This document shows, in pieces, positions 1 through 13,063 of a stretch of 64,000 nt of DNA. The stretch lies in NCBI GenBank assembly GCA_004022145.1, contig RCNU01000009.1, one strand, 5' to 3'. Position numbers and translations under genes: made by a program. Numbering within the stretch: position 1 is the first letter of the stretch; every line of letters starts with the position of its first letter. Below the pieces are notes generated by a model, which did not search any database, was not told the DNA's origin, and was given only the letters and a program-made list of their open reading frames with translations. Source of the stretch: Paecilomyces variotii. Taxonomy: Eukaryota.

Positions 1-45
1 TAGAGTACATATATATCGTAGAGAAAAGCTGAACAGGAGAACAGG

Positions 46-882
46 TCAGTCTGTTCGAGATTGGCCTTTCGCGCTGAGTTCTGCGAACCGTGATGCAACC
101 TCCAAAAACCCGCCAGACCCCAGATCTACCCACATATCCACAGAGCCGTCTTTCTTTGTTTTGACAATCTGCTCTGTCGTGAAACCTTCTTCCTGTGGTC
201 GCTCGACGTACACAGTCTGGAAGCCGCATCCTTTGGCGGCCTTCAAGTCGCTCAAATGCGCCGCCACAAGAGCGCATTCCTGGGGTTTCACGCCGAATCT
301 GCGGGCCGCGCCATTGTAGACCACCGGCGACGGCTTGTAAGCGCCAAATTGCTCCGCGCTGACAATATCGGTGATGGGTATAGGGCTCTTTCGATGACAG
401 AGATCTTCTAATAGGGCAACGTTGCCGTTTGAGAGAGTGCATGTCCGGAAGTTCTGGCTCAATTGCTCCAGACCTTGGACGCTGTCAGGCCACGGATCCA
501 GCCGATGCCAGCAGAGTGACAGCTCCCGGATTTCATCGTCGGTAAACAATCCCTCAAGGCGCCATTTCTTCAGCAACTCTACCAGAGAGTCATAATGGTG
601 TTGGTCTATAGAGACAAATGTGCCTGTCGAATGGAAATTCCGGGTGAATCGGTAGTAGCTTTTCCGCCACTCCTCCGCGAAAGCGTGCCAGTCGTCGTTC
701 GTGAGCGCGGAGGCTGCCTCTCGTAATTCTTCAGAAAGGTTCTTGTTGGGATCGCTCAGTGCAGCGTTCGTCGCATCCATCAACGACCTGACGACCGGTG
801 TGCGCCAGTTGTAGATGGTCCCGAACGTATCGAAGAAGATCACCTTCGGAAGGCTGAGCGGTCGCTGCGGTGATGGGGACAT
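46..882 (-). CDS. Haloacid dehalogenase type II-like (HAD superfamily) hydrolase
   Basis: Intronless ORF from ATG 882. HAD motif I 'FFDTFGT', 'LSNGN', 'YKPSP' and 'VAAHLSDLKAAKGCG' are typical of fungal L-2-haloacid dehalogenase-like proteins. Confidence 0.88.
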   Translation of the reverse strand: MSPSPQRPLSLPKVIFFDTFGTIYNWRTPVVRSLMDATNAALSDPNKNLSEELREAASALTNDDWHAFAEEWRKSYYRFTRNFHSTGTFVSIDQHHYDSLVELLKKWRLEGLFTDDEIRELSLCWHRLDPWPDSVQGLEQLSQNFRTCTLSNGNVALLEDLCHRKSPIPITDIVSAEQFGAYKPSPVVYNGAARRFGVKPQECALVAAHLSDLKAAKGCGFQTVYVERPQEEGFTTEQIVKTKKDGSVDMWVDLGSGGFLEVASRFAELSAKGQSRTD

Positions 883-3800
883 CGTGATATCCGACAGTAC
901 TCTATCCAAAGGATAGCCGATCGCGATTGGTGCTGGCAGATAGCTCTAGAAGCGGCGGAGCTTAGTACAGCTCACGAACAGACACAACGATGGCCCCGGC
1001 GCGAGTGGAAAGCATCTGTCCCTTCTTTACTCAGGGGTGAAGCTTTTGAGAAAAGAGATAGATCATTTATTCTATTCCTCAAGTAGAAATGTCAGCGAGA
1101 AAACCAGAAAATTGCCGCTGGAGGACAGGCGCCGAGTCTAGGCCGTCGGCCTTGATTGAGGGACCCGAGGGGCAATGGAAATTAAATCCAGGCAAGCCCG
1201 TCGGTTTTTGTCGCGAAGGCGGGGGCCTGAGCCCAGCGTAATAATAATAATATTCTCTCTCTGGCTCTGCGATCGGGAAATATTTCCAAGGTTGCGAACA
1301 ACTGACCCCGCGACTCATGGGCCAGATCCACGATCTCCCAGGCGTCCGTCGGTGTTAGCACGTTCGAACGGGTGTTCCCCAGACGGGTCCGTGATCACGT
1401 CAAAGCTCAGTGACAGCGAATTGTTGGAATGGCGACTTTTGAGTGTTCCAGGGCAGCTAACTTGGTCAATGTGTGGAGATATTCTCAATCCAGAACTATT
1501 GTACCCGGTAGTCTGGCCTTCTTTGCCTTTGCCGTCCTCCGATCCATGGGACCACAGGAAAGAACAGTCGGGTCTAGATGAAGGAGATGGCGTATATAAT
1601 GGATATCGAGCGAGCATTTCCCGACAAGACTCCGCGGGGAAGGCGACAACCATCAGAAAAGATGCTCTGCACACTCTACACACGGCCATAAATGGTGTGC
1701 TTTGAATCATCGAATAGAGTGTGCTGACTGACGTCCTGTCTCCGGGGAAGAATGGAACGATCTTCGACCTCTACTGCAGATTGGGCGGCGATAATCGCAT
1801 CGCAGTCCATCCTTGTCCGGTTTGCAAGCGAGATGAGGTTTTGGTCTTCATGCGTCTCTGGTATATCCATGCCCATCCCGTAAGCACCTTTCAGGAACGA
1901 TTCGGGTGCCTGGGAAACGCATCTTGCCGATATTACTGATAGTCCCTTAGCAGCATGCGGATAGCAATAACTTAATAGCGATATATTAACCCGGGGTTCC
2001 ACGATACAGTCTTTCCCCATTCGTTGGCCCCTTATAGCCCCCAATCACAACGTTCAGGATGTGGTGTGATAAGACGTCCTGCGACAACCTCGTGCCGTTT
2101 CATCTTTCGGATCTTAATCAGAAACCCTCCTAAATATAACTATTCGATTCCGCCTGTTCACAAGAATAAGATTGACTTACTGCACGGACCTCGGAGGTTG
2201 CACTGCCGACCCTGTCAAGTTGTAAATGCTAATGAGACCGCTGGCGTGACTTGGACCGCCTGTACGTCTGTGAGATACTGTATCCTATTGACGCCTCCGG
2301 ACTTGGTCCCCTGTTTCTCTCGCTGGATCATCCCGAGAGGCGTTCCACGAGTGTCTCCTCGGGTGCTTTGACTTTTGAGGCAGGCGGACCGTCCTTTAGA
2401 TCGGGACACGAACCAGGGAAACACCACAGACGGCGCCACCGTTTGCGACGCGTGTTCGTAAACAAGCAAGGAGGCGGAAGGACATCAAGAAGTGGCGGAC
2501 GTACTTCTCGGTCTCCAGCCATGTATAAGACCTTGCGTTCCTATGCGGGGATGACGCAGCTCTGGTTGATTAATCAAGTGACACTATTATTCCGGGCTGT
2601 CCTGACCAGCTGGAAAGTCCAGGGCGACTAATAATAATAACCGTACTTTCTGGCAGGAATCTATTATAGAGGGATTCTGAGCTCCGTCAGGACTCAGAAG
2701 AAACCCCTGAAATCTTTCCGTTAAAATTCCGCCCGCTCGGACCAGGATTCAGAAAAAAAAAAGGGTCTTCTTGGAGCTGGAAAAGTGGACGCTCCTTCGA
2801 CCGTTACTCGTTCCAGTAAATGCTGATGTCTTCCAGGTTCAAACCCTTTTCCACATGGCGCATGGTGACCAGAGCGGCCAGCAGGACAACTTGACTGCTA
2901 CTCCGTAGTTAGTTAACTATGAAGAAGACGCAAGAGGACGCAAGAGTCAGCAGGATCGGTTTCTACCGACTTCTACTTCTTCGCAGCTAACCTAGGGGCA
3001 TGAGCTTCGGGGTTCGAGAAAAAGACGGCATCGAACTCTGCTAAGTAGTGATGCTCCACAGCTTCGTAGCTGCTAACTAACTATGTACCACCACTAGATA
3101 AGTCATAGTAGATTGCGATGTAATCTAATAATTGCGAGAGCGCCTGGCAATCAATCATGGACGACCGAATAACGCTCGTGTCTTGCGGAACTTTCTCGGT
3201 GCTCATAGTAGGCAGAGGCTAGAGCCTTTTCCTGATCATGCTGCTGATGCCTCAACCGCAGTGATCAGGGGCTATTGTTAGTAGTTATAATAATATAATT
3301 ATATAACAAGGATAATAACGTGTTTGGATATCACCAGAAACAATGCATTGTTATTATTATTATGGCTTCCATCTTGCGGCGCAGAGTGGGCGCCAGACCG
3401 CCAAGCCCCGGGTTGGACCCAAAATCAGCCATTTTAATTGAGCAGACTGAAAGACTCTCGGTAGGACGAGAACTGCTATCACAACCCTGATCATCCAGGT
3501 GATCCCCGATCAGCAACGGACTGTTTCTTGCCGCAATCAGGGTCGTTTACCTATCTACCGTCATATCCACATGGTCTGGCACTCTGGGAGCTGCTGTGGG
3601 AATCGTCGAACCGCTCTAAATCCACAGGGCTCAGGCGGTTGATAATCTCTTACCAACTCACTGGGTGCGGCTCAAAACCCGATAATGGAGGAGCGAACAC
3701 GGCGCACTGCACGACAGAACCCTTTTTCTCTCTCTCGGCCACTAGTTAATAACCATTGACCAGATGTTGAGGAGAGGGCTGATTCTCAAACACACTAGGT

Positions 3801-4972
3801 ATGCACGAAGTCCATCCCGGGTGCTCTCCGATTCCATAGACTGACCGTGGCGTTGACGGATAGTCCGGGGATCACAGATCGCCCGGGCTGTGAAAAGGAG
3901 AGAGCCCTGTGGGGACCTGTCGTGATGCTGAAGGCTAAGTTACGACTCTAGTTTAGTACTCCGTATATTTCTTGTCGAAAAAGCAACGGCGCAGCTGCAC
4001 AATTCTCGCCCCATTGGCCCAGGAGGAAGAACAGCTCTCGAACCCCACTGTGATTGTTGCTGCTAGGTCGAGCTTGTCCAGAATGGCGAAGCTACTCAGA
4101 CGGCGCTTGCGATCGTTGAGCTTTACTCCTTTTCCTGAGCTCTTCCCATTCTCTCGGGCCGCGGGTGACCCGTGCCAGATGCTACAGAATTCAAATGCGT
4201 CAAGTCAAGAACTTTGACGCCGCTGGAATTATTCTTTTCGAATCAGCGGGTCGATCTCCTTGCCGCATCGATGCGGTGCACTGTCGAGCCTCAACCCACG
4301 ATCCTGGTGCACTTCATGTCGAGATGCCCCAGCTCCTTTTCCTGGTGTCTGGCTGGTAATGCATCTGTTGAGCAGCCTGCAGGGTGGAGTTTCTTCAAGC
4401 GATCTTAGCGAACTGAGTAAGTCTCCCCTTTCCTCAACGCTTGCATACACAGCATACCCTTGCAAGTAGTTCTGTCGACTTCGAGTTATTCGTCCAGCCT
4501 ATGTATTACTCTCCTGGCTTTTTGTCGCGCAAAGCCAGATAGGACATGCTGGGCCCATGTTTCATGCTCCTTCAATCTCTGACTTGTCGTGGTCTTCTAT
4601 ATACCCCTGCTGATCTTGAAAAACCCCATGATAGATATTACACTGGCCTGTCCGGACATTTTGATCAACAGTGTCTGCGTTCCTACCGCGGGGTCGTGTC
4701 ATTATTACTGGACTTAAGGCCCTCCCCGCAAACCCGATCAATCAATTCCTGTTAGCCTCTACGTGAACCCCATGACGTCGATATTCAGAAACTTGTGAAC
4801 CGCAAGTGGACAACGTTGGGTCCTGACTTGGTCATATATACCACGTTTGCGCCGAAAAACAAGTATTGGTAGTGCGCGTGCCACCGGCACCGGTGTGAAG
4901 GAGGCCTTTGGGATTCTGATATCCGAAGCCTCTGGTCGAAGGACATAGTCGGGTTGTACATGCTGAGAGAAG

Positions 4973-7900
4973 ATGGCAGCAAATGAGGAGGACACAGTTA
5001 GCACTGATGCACAAACTATACCTGCATCGTCGGATACCACTTTCATGACACCTTCGAGGACTTCATCGCGACGTTCTGCTCACCGGAGAGACTCATCGCC
5101 TGGACCGTCACCCGGAATGTCTTCCTCTCCAGACTTCCCTCTTCAGAGCTTCTCGCCCGACGGACGACCCAATGTTGTTGAAATTACAAATGACGGACCA
5201 TTGGTAGCACTAGATCCGCGCAGATTTACCCCGACATTACATGCTTCTTTGGTCTCAGAAATTCTTGCACTGCGGCGGGAACTTGAAAGCAAAACCAAGG
5301 TCATCGACGCTTTGGAAGCGAGCTTGGATGACTCGCGGACGGAGAATGAGGCTCTCAATGAGAGTTTGTCAAAGAATTCCAGGGAGACATCGTCATTGAA
5401 GCGCCAGCTGCAGCTCCTGGAAGGTGGCTCATCATCGGCTGTCACAGAATTAGCCAAGGAGAGAGATGAGGCCCTGGAGAACATATCTGATGTACGCAAG
5501 AGACTCGAGCAGGCACAAAAGAAAGCTCGTTCTCGAGGGGACGAGGTAGAGAGAACACAAATGCTTTGGGATCGGGACAAGGAGGCATGGGAAGGGGAGC
5601 GAAGGAATCTTGAGCGCAAAGTGCATGTGGTCGAAGGCCGCCTGAAAGTGGTCCTAAACGAGATCGCTACTGTCCGAGCCACCAGGCCATCCAGCAGAGA
5701 CCGCCGGGAGGAGCTGGCACAGTCGGTTGAAGATAGCCCAGCACAACACAGTGATGCAACGAGCGTACGATCCCACAGTGCGTTCGGGAGGAGGCGTGCG
5801 AGCACAACTAGCTTGAGCACTCATGACAGCGAGCGTCATAATGTCAGGCTATCCGTATCGAGTATCCCGAATGGCCTTGTTCCAAGGACGGACGGTTTGA
5901 ATCTAGCTGAGGAGTTGGCCTTCTCCGAAAGAGGAGAGGACCAAATGGATGAAACCGACGATGACGATGTTCTAGACTCCCCAGAAGCATTACCAGAGGA
6001 GAGGCCTACCTCCGTCCAGTCTCATTTGTCCCACATAGTGGGAATGAAAGCTCGGAAGATCCTGGGTCTTTCGCTGGACAGCAGCGCCCAGCGATACAAC
6101 GACAATGATTCTCGAGAACCAACGCCATTGTCGGAACAAGTACGTGCACTTAAGGAAGGTAGAAAGCCTGATCATGCGCGTTCTGCAGATTACCGAGATG
6201 CCGGTATCCAATATTCTCCGCCTCCATCACCTGAGTTTCCACGACCTGTCCATTCCCAACTAGCGGTCAGCCCTGAAGATCATACGCCCTTTGGTCAGGA
6301 GAAACATGCTGCCAATGAAGGAAGGAAACGTGCGACAGCAACTTCTGCGGCTGATTCGTACCAAACAAGAGACAGTAGTATGGTGACAACAAAAATTGAG
6401 ACAGTGTCCACGTCTTGCCAGACGGTTGGGAATCTTCCTACGCCTCCTCGGAGCCCCAGTGTCTCCGAATCAGCCGTGCAGACCACCCCAGATGTCAAGC
6501 GAGGGGCGGCAATATCGACCTCAACGCAGACAGAATTGTCTGCTCAGGTCAAGGACGCGAAGGTGTCTGCTCTCTCCCCCGAGGAGCAGTTATCACCCCA
6601 CATGGCGGTCCCGATGATTGCAATCCATCCCCCTGAATCTGAGCCGACATCCACTCGCAATAGTGTTGTTTTGCCGCCGCACACGAAGAGTGTTGCGTGT
6701 CAAACAAACTTCAGAAATTTCGTGGAAGGCCGATCTGTCGGCATGCAGACAGAGGAAATCAGAGTTGATAAGCGTCCTATTAAGCTTCCCGCTAGCCTTC
6801 TCCCATCAGCTATACCAGATCAGCCCCCTACAGACGGCAATGAGACCGTTATCCAGCCATATCGCCCGCCTCCTCCGCGATCTGCGAAGAGACCGCTTCG
6901 CAGTCCCCCAGTCGTCGAGTCTTCAACCAAGGCCTCAAAAGGCAAACAGCCTCAGAAAGTTAATGCTTATCCAGGAAATAACGACAACGGTCCGCTTTCT
7001 GAGAAACGTCGTAGCGATATCAGACGTCCACTCCGGTCTAGCAGTCTGTTTGCGGGCTTCAGTGATGATGAAGCTCCAGAAAATGAACCCGATATCTTCA
7101 GCGATGATGAACTTTTCAACCGGCCTATGGCTTCTTACACATTGAGGCGCGGGAAGCTCGCCAAAAAGGGGCGCCCTAGTTTCGAGGACAGTCCGTTGCC
7201 GGAGCTTGACGAACCTGATTTCAATTCTGACACTGAAACGAATGAGAAGACAACCAGTAATGGGGCGCATGGTCGGTCAACAGGATCAGGCCGAGAACGA
7301 CGCCCTCAGAGAGGGCAATGGCCATCGAAAATCTCGACAGGCTCGAGAGCGCAGGATATTCGACGGACCGCGCTCATCTCAAGCGGAACAGCAGCTCATC
7401 AAATGTCGTGGCCGCAAAGCCCCAGCGCTCCGAGCATCGATAGCGGTTCCGGTTCCAGCACGGCTCCGCGCCCTCCATTCCCCGTCCCTATCCGCCTGAG
7501 TTCAAGAAAGGTCCCGGTCACTGCTAGTGAGGGCGCGCAGAGTCCAACGCCCAGAAATCGCTCTAAACGTGCTGAGCGGCCTCCTTCAAGGACCCCCACT
7601 CTGCGCAAAGTACGATCTGCCTCAGCAATATCGATATCTGAACGGCCTGAACGGCCCAGAAGCCGCTCGCCTCCACCTGTATCAGCTTCGACTTTTGTCT
7701 CTGACAGCCCTGGACCTTCACCCATATCTCTTGACGACATCCCGTCTCGTCATAGACGCGTTGGTAAAAAGCAATCCTCCCAGTACACTACTTCCTCTCG
7801 CACGTTTTCGTACGGAGGGGAAGAATCCACAGCAGCGTCCTCCGTACAGCAGACCAGCGTCGTGGACGCGATTGCCCAAACCATGGTCGGAGAGTGGATG

Positions 7901-9037
7901 TTCAAGTACGTTCGCAGAAGGAAGTCATTCGGTGTCCCCGATCCCAAAGAAGGCTGGGATGCGGGAAAGAACCCAGACGAGACGTCAGCGAATATCACCA
8001 GCAATGGTGTGAGGCATAAGAGATGGGTCTGGCTCGCTCCGTACGAGCGGGCTGTTATGTGGAGCAGCAAGCAGCCGACAAATGGCAATGCTCTTTTGGG
8101 CAAGAGTGGTCGTAAACGTAAGTGACCTATGGGATCAATGGACGAAAACGTGTACTAATGTGCAGCAGTGACCATTCAATCGGTGCTCGATGTCAAAGAC
8201 GACAACCCCTTACCGAAGGGTGCTCAACCGGAGAGTCATTTCAATAGATCTATATTGATCTTGACGCCTCAGCGGGCGTTGAAATTCACAGCTATGAGCC
8301 CGGAGCGCCACTTCATATGGCTTACTGCTTTATCTTTTCTGAGCCACTCTGCGGTGAGCGCCAATGAGCTCAGATCTATACCGCCGACTCCCCAGGAAGA
8401 ATCTGCGAGCCCACCGCCAGTGAGACGGAACCCTATCCGTGACACTATCAAGGTGACCAAGAGTAAACCTCGTCTTGTTGTTGTTGGCGGAAACCGGTCA
8501 TTCACTGCCCATCCGCCCGTTCCAGAGATTCCTCTGGACACGATGGAAATGCGCGATTCAACCATGGACGCAGCCGACCCTCCAACTGTGCCTAGGTTTT
8601 CGAACCATTGTCGGAAGCGCAGCAACACTGCACCTCGCGTGGGGCCGCTTTCACTCAGAAGCTTCTCAAGCAATGCAACCATACCCACTTCTACACATAG
8701 TGCAACGACACGGACACCCAATTCCATGGACCTCTATAGCGGCTCACACTCAGCTGGGGTTCCTGGAAGCAACAGTTTCAGTCGTCGGACGTCTGTAGCT
8801 AGCGGGTTTTCCACTAACACGGGCAACTTCTTCGAAGCCGTCGGTACTGTTCGTATGGAAGCTTTTATTGATCGGACCAACCAGATGAGTTCTCAGCGCA
8901 GTGCTTACGCTCCTCGACACACCATGAAGAGGGATTCGAGTCAATGGAGTTCAGGCCAGCAGTCGCTCGAGTTTGCGAGATCCGAGGCCAGCAGTGAGAT
9001 GAGCTATCGCCATGAAGACCTTTTCCGGGGCTTCTGA
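4973..9037 (+). CDS. Coiled-coil plus Num1/Mcp5-type PH-domain protein (ApsA/Num1-related cortical protein); exons 4973-8117, 8169-9037
   Basis: N-terminal coiled coil and a long S/P-rich linker. C-terminal 'QTMVGEWMFKYVRR...RHKRWVWLAPYERAVMWSSKQP...SILILTPQRALKFTA...WLTALSFL' matches the Mcp5/Num1 PH pattern. Intron GTAAGT 8118, branch TACTAAT, CAG 8168 joins the two ORFs in frame. Confidence 0.8.
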
Positions 9038-10779
9038 ATTCAGTATTGATGTTTCGAGAGTCGCCGCCCCGCAGTTCCACGGCCGCGTTTATGTCGGAAG
9101 ACGAAGGTGATGATATTAGAGACTCATCATTTAATGTTTTAATCTCCCTTTCACCGTTTTATCTTCTAGAATTTGCTGGACAAAAGAAGACAGCGAGAAA
9201 ATATCCAACTTCAGTGTTTCTCTGGAGATCTGTATATCGTTTGGGCCTTTCCTCCTATTCCAGACCCGGTTTCAGTTGAACGCCGTTTGACGAACACCTT
9301 CATCTTCTTATCTGACTTATACCTTGCCCTGGCTGTTTCTTCGCTACTCAGCATCGATATCCCTTCTTTCGAGATACCATGTCTATTGTCGCGTTTCGGT
9401 TTATCCCTGTCCTTCTTTTTCGCGGTTCTCGCTAGTGATTTCCAATATATTATTGGGCAGAGGAGCGATATTATTTATCTATTTGGTCTACGAAAATAGC
9501 CGGTGGAATTCGAGGACGATAGATGACCAAAAGAAAGGCCTCACAGGCTGTTGAACATACTTCAATTTCCATGACAGTAACCCCTTGCATGTGTAGAAGC
9601 TTCTTTAGAGATGTCAATTGTCAATCAAGGAGTATCGTGAACCTGCAGAAGCTGCACCTGCATACATCCTCCTTTCGGCAGTGATTGCCTTTAATTGCTG
9701 TATTTCTTTGGCCAACACTGATTCCTCTCCCTCTTCACACTCTGTCTCTCTGCTACCTCGTCATAATTGCAGCTCTCAAAAGTCTCGAAATTCATCGTCA
9801 ATGGTTCTTCCTATTGAATATCGTCATCGACTCGTCAAGTGTTATCTGTCAAAGCTGCGTAACGATATCTTTGATGTGCTCGCCTTCAGTTTCCTCGCTG
9901 TACACAATTACTATGTCCGTTCTTTGTTACTCGGAATTCCCACATATTTCTAGTTCCGGGTAATATTATTACCCCACAGATAATCCATAAACTTGACTTT
10001 TGTTTTCCGCCAAGCTCAGTGGGTTGGTTATCATTAGATCGGTCCATAGATCCCCGTCTTCAGCACGTTCCGCAAGGTACCGGCCGCACGTGTAGACAAG
10101 CAGTAACAATCCCTTTCGGGTATTCTCTCCACATAAGCTCAAACTTCAAGCCTAGTTTCATTCGAATCCTGGGTATCTCGTACATCTTTTTATCCAACTG
10201 CTGATCTGCACGTTCTAGACAGCCTTTTCAGAGCCCGCTACGATGTCTATACTTACTTTTTACTGCAGATCCTCGACAACTCCGGCGCATGAGAAGTCTT
10301 AAGGTACCGTTTGTTTCTATTGCTGTTGTTGTTGTTCGCCTTTCGAGAAGACCTTGCATTCTGATGTCGGAAGTGAGGCCGCTGCGACTATCATCTCCGC
10401 GTGCCGGTCCTTCTGGAATAATGGTTAGGTATGCCGAGAGGGACACTGGATTCTCCAACGATATGCCTGAAACCATATCAAAATGTTCCATGCGAGAATA
10501 TGCCTTTCGGGTCGATTTGCTTTCTATCCTCAACGTGGTATTTCCTGCCTTGAAATTCGCCTGGGAGATCATCCAAAACGAAAGATATAAAGAGTCCTCT
10601 AATTCCCCTCCAAGGTCAAATCTCTTTCTTCATCCCATCAAGCACTCCAGATCTCAAAGCATCGAGAACTCTCTCTCTCTCCTTCAATCTATATCTTTCT
10701 AATCAATACTTTCTTTTTTTACTTCCTACCTTCGTTCACTTAGCTTCGGCAAAACCAACAACAAAACCAAACAGCCAAA

Positions 10780-11252
10780 ATGCGCTTCTCTATCATCTCT
10801 GTTGCTACCATCCTGGGCGCCGTCGCCGTCACCGCTGCTCCTGCGGCTGTGGAGGAACGCCAGTCCTGCTTGAACCCTCTCCTCTGCTGCCCTGATCTCA
10901 AGACTCCTCTGGACCCTACCCTTGATCCGATCCTGTTGACTCTCGGTATCAATGCTACCGCTCTCGAGGGTTCTATCTGCCTTAACGGTACGTGATTGAC
11001 AGAAGATAGCCAATTCTCTACGATCTACACATCACAGAAATTGAACTCTTACCCTAAGATGCACTTGAATGGACAGTATATACTAACATTTCATCTGTCC
11101 AGGCCAAGCCTACACCACCAGCTGCGCCACTGGCCCCAGGTGCTGCACGGAGGTCAACCTTCTGGTAAGATTTCACCCATTACACATTTAGATATTGCTG
11201 GTTTACTAACACCGAATCTTTCCAGGGCGGTCTCGTCGCTCTCGGCTGCTAG
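10780..11252 (+). CDS. Class I hydrophobin; exons 10780-10987, 11103-11164, 11226-11252
   Basis: Signal peptide followed by eight Cys after splicing: C-X5-CC-X29-C-X9-C-X5-CC-X13-C. Introns GTACGT..CAG and GTAAGA..CAG carry CTAAC branch points and preserve frame. Confidence 0.9.
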
Positions 11253-12419
11253 ACGGATGGACGATGATTGGTGGTCATAATCGACATTTCTCGATAGTCA
11301 GACAGTCAGAAAAAGATAGTTTCTGGCAGCATAATAATAGCATGGAGATGATATTTTCTTGAACTTTTCGCGCTTCCTTTCCTTTCCTTCCTTCTTCCTG
11401 TCCTAGTGGATAATATTCATGGTATCTTGCCTTTCAATCAAATGGAAACACGAGTTCTATTCCGTTGAGAAACCTTTTCGTAGACGTACTTGATTCTTCA
11501 TACTTATCTAGCGGATATCCTACTTTCATGAGTATTCAACCCCTGGTTCGCAATAACTCAATTCATAATCATAATTAGATGATCGACAGCCACAGAAGAA
11601 GAAGAAACCAAAACCTTATTCACATTTCAACCGCGCGCATGGAAGTTTTTTTTCGTCTCATACACCCACCCGACAGGAAGAAGGAGAGAGAGCAGGGGCC
11701 TTGTTTTTTACTAAACCTTATTCTGACCCAGCTGTCAAGTCGGTTGATCTTAAGCGATCCTGTCATGTTCCACGAGGCGGCGTTGAGTCGGAGGTAAGGG
11801 GGTGGGGGGAGGGCAGGAATGTGAGATTTAGCATATCGGTTTAAATAGATAGGAATAATATATGCGAGGATTTGTGCTTCGTGTTGTTCACGGGTCGGTT
11901 ATTTAATACTTAGGGGGTGATTGTTTATTAAATGTTTTATGAATCATTACTGAACAGGCACTCGATCGTAACATCAAGTATGGAGAGGTCAATAATCCAT
12001 CTTCTGCTTTTCGGTATTTCAGCTATTAATGGTATGGGGTCTGTATTGGCGATCCGCAGCAGTGACCCCGAGAGCTTATGCAAGGCCAGCGAAATAATGG
12101 GCAAAGATGCCTGGTAGATGAGATTACAAATAGAATGTGAGGACCTGTAGAATTGAAGCTGAAAAAGACGACTCCGGAGGCCATATACGGCCTCATTTCC
12201 ACCCGTAACTTCCAGTGGCCTCCTCTGCGGCTAGAATTAGGCCCCCTTAAATTTTTCTCCTGTCCTGAATTTTTATAAAGCCTAAATTACTGCTTGAACC
12301 TATTAGCCTACCCTTTACTATTTTGCTTTGACATATTTGATGTCTCTACCTCTTATATTACCTGCTTAACTTAGTGAGCACTAGTGCTAGCCGATCTGAT
12401 TTTTTGTGAAGAGATTTAA

Positions 12420-13063
12420 GCTAGACATAAATATTTCTGCAGCCTTAGATGGCTTCCCCCAAATTATAAGCTAGAAGAACTTGCTGTTATCGAGCGGTAT
12501 CAGCGAAAGTAAGAAGTCTCCTTTTTTTTTCTCTTAAATAACTTTGGCATAGTTAAAGAGTAATAATTTATAGATATTGCATATATTTAAACGAGGACTA
12601 TGTCGAGTATCTTCTTTTAGAAGATCAAGCGATCTATATAAATTTTTTGACTGGATATGCAAGACTTCGCGGAATAAACTCCTTTAGTTATACAACGAAT
12701 ATTAGCAACGCCTTTATTAGTACTTCGCCCTATTTGCCCGCTGTCGCCTAAATAGCCGAGTTTATAAACAAATGCAGCGAGTAAGTACGCTTTTTAAGTT
12801 GCTACAGGTGTAAGGCTAATAAAAACAACAGTTTCTCGAACATATCTATTTCTGGCCGAGCGCAAGATCTCCAGGTGAATGAATATCGAAGTAGATATCT
12901 CTTTTTATGCGATTCTTCATTATTTTTACGGCCGACCTCCAGAATAGATTGGGAAGATTTTATGGAGCAAATAAATGTTACTATATATCTCTCTTGAAGC
13001 CCCTTGATTCTCTCGCCTCGTGGGTCTACCAAATTACGCTATCGCAAAGATAAGCCACCAGAG
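12420..13063 (+). pseudogene. Degraded three-exon gene remnant, possibly a DUF3435 tyrosine-recombinase (Starship captain) 5' fragment
   Basis: Phase-consistent introns 12509-12573 and 12781-12831 give WLPPNYKLEELAVIERYQRK/YCIYLNEDYVEYLLLEDQAIYINFLTGY.../DFSNIS...YLFLCDSSLF... with in-frame stops TAA 12749 and TGA 12995 in TpA-rich DNA. The family assignment is a by-eye resemblance only. Confidence 0.5.

Noticed and set aside
1079-2631. Several overlapping 70-176 aa ORFs on both strands, including a short GGRTSRS duplication near 2472-2510
   Set aside because: No recognisable domain and no consistent exon structure; compatible with chance ORFs in intergenic DNA.
9560-10000. Minus-strand stretch with acidic/helical-looking translation interrupted by stops
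   Set aside because: Too short and featureless to support a pseudogene or transposon call.
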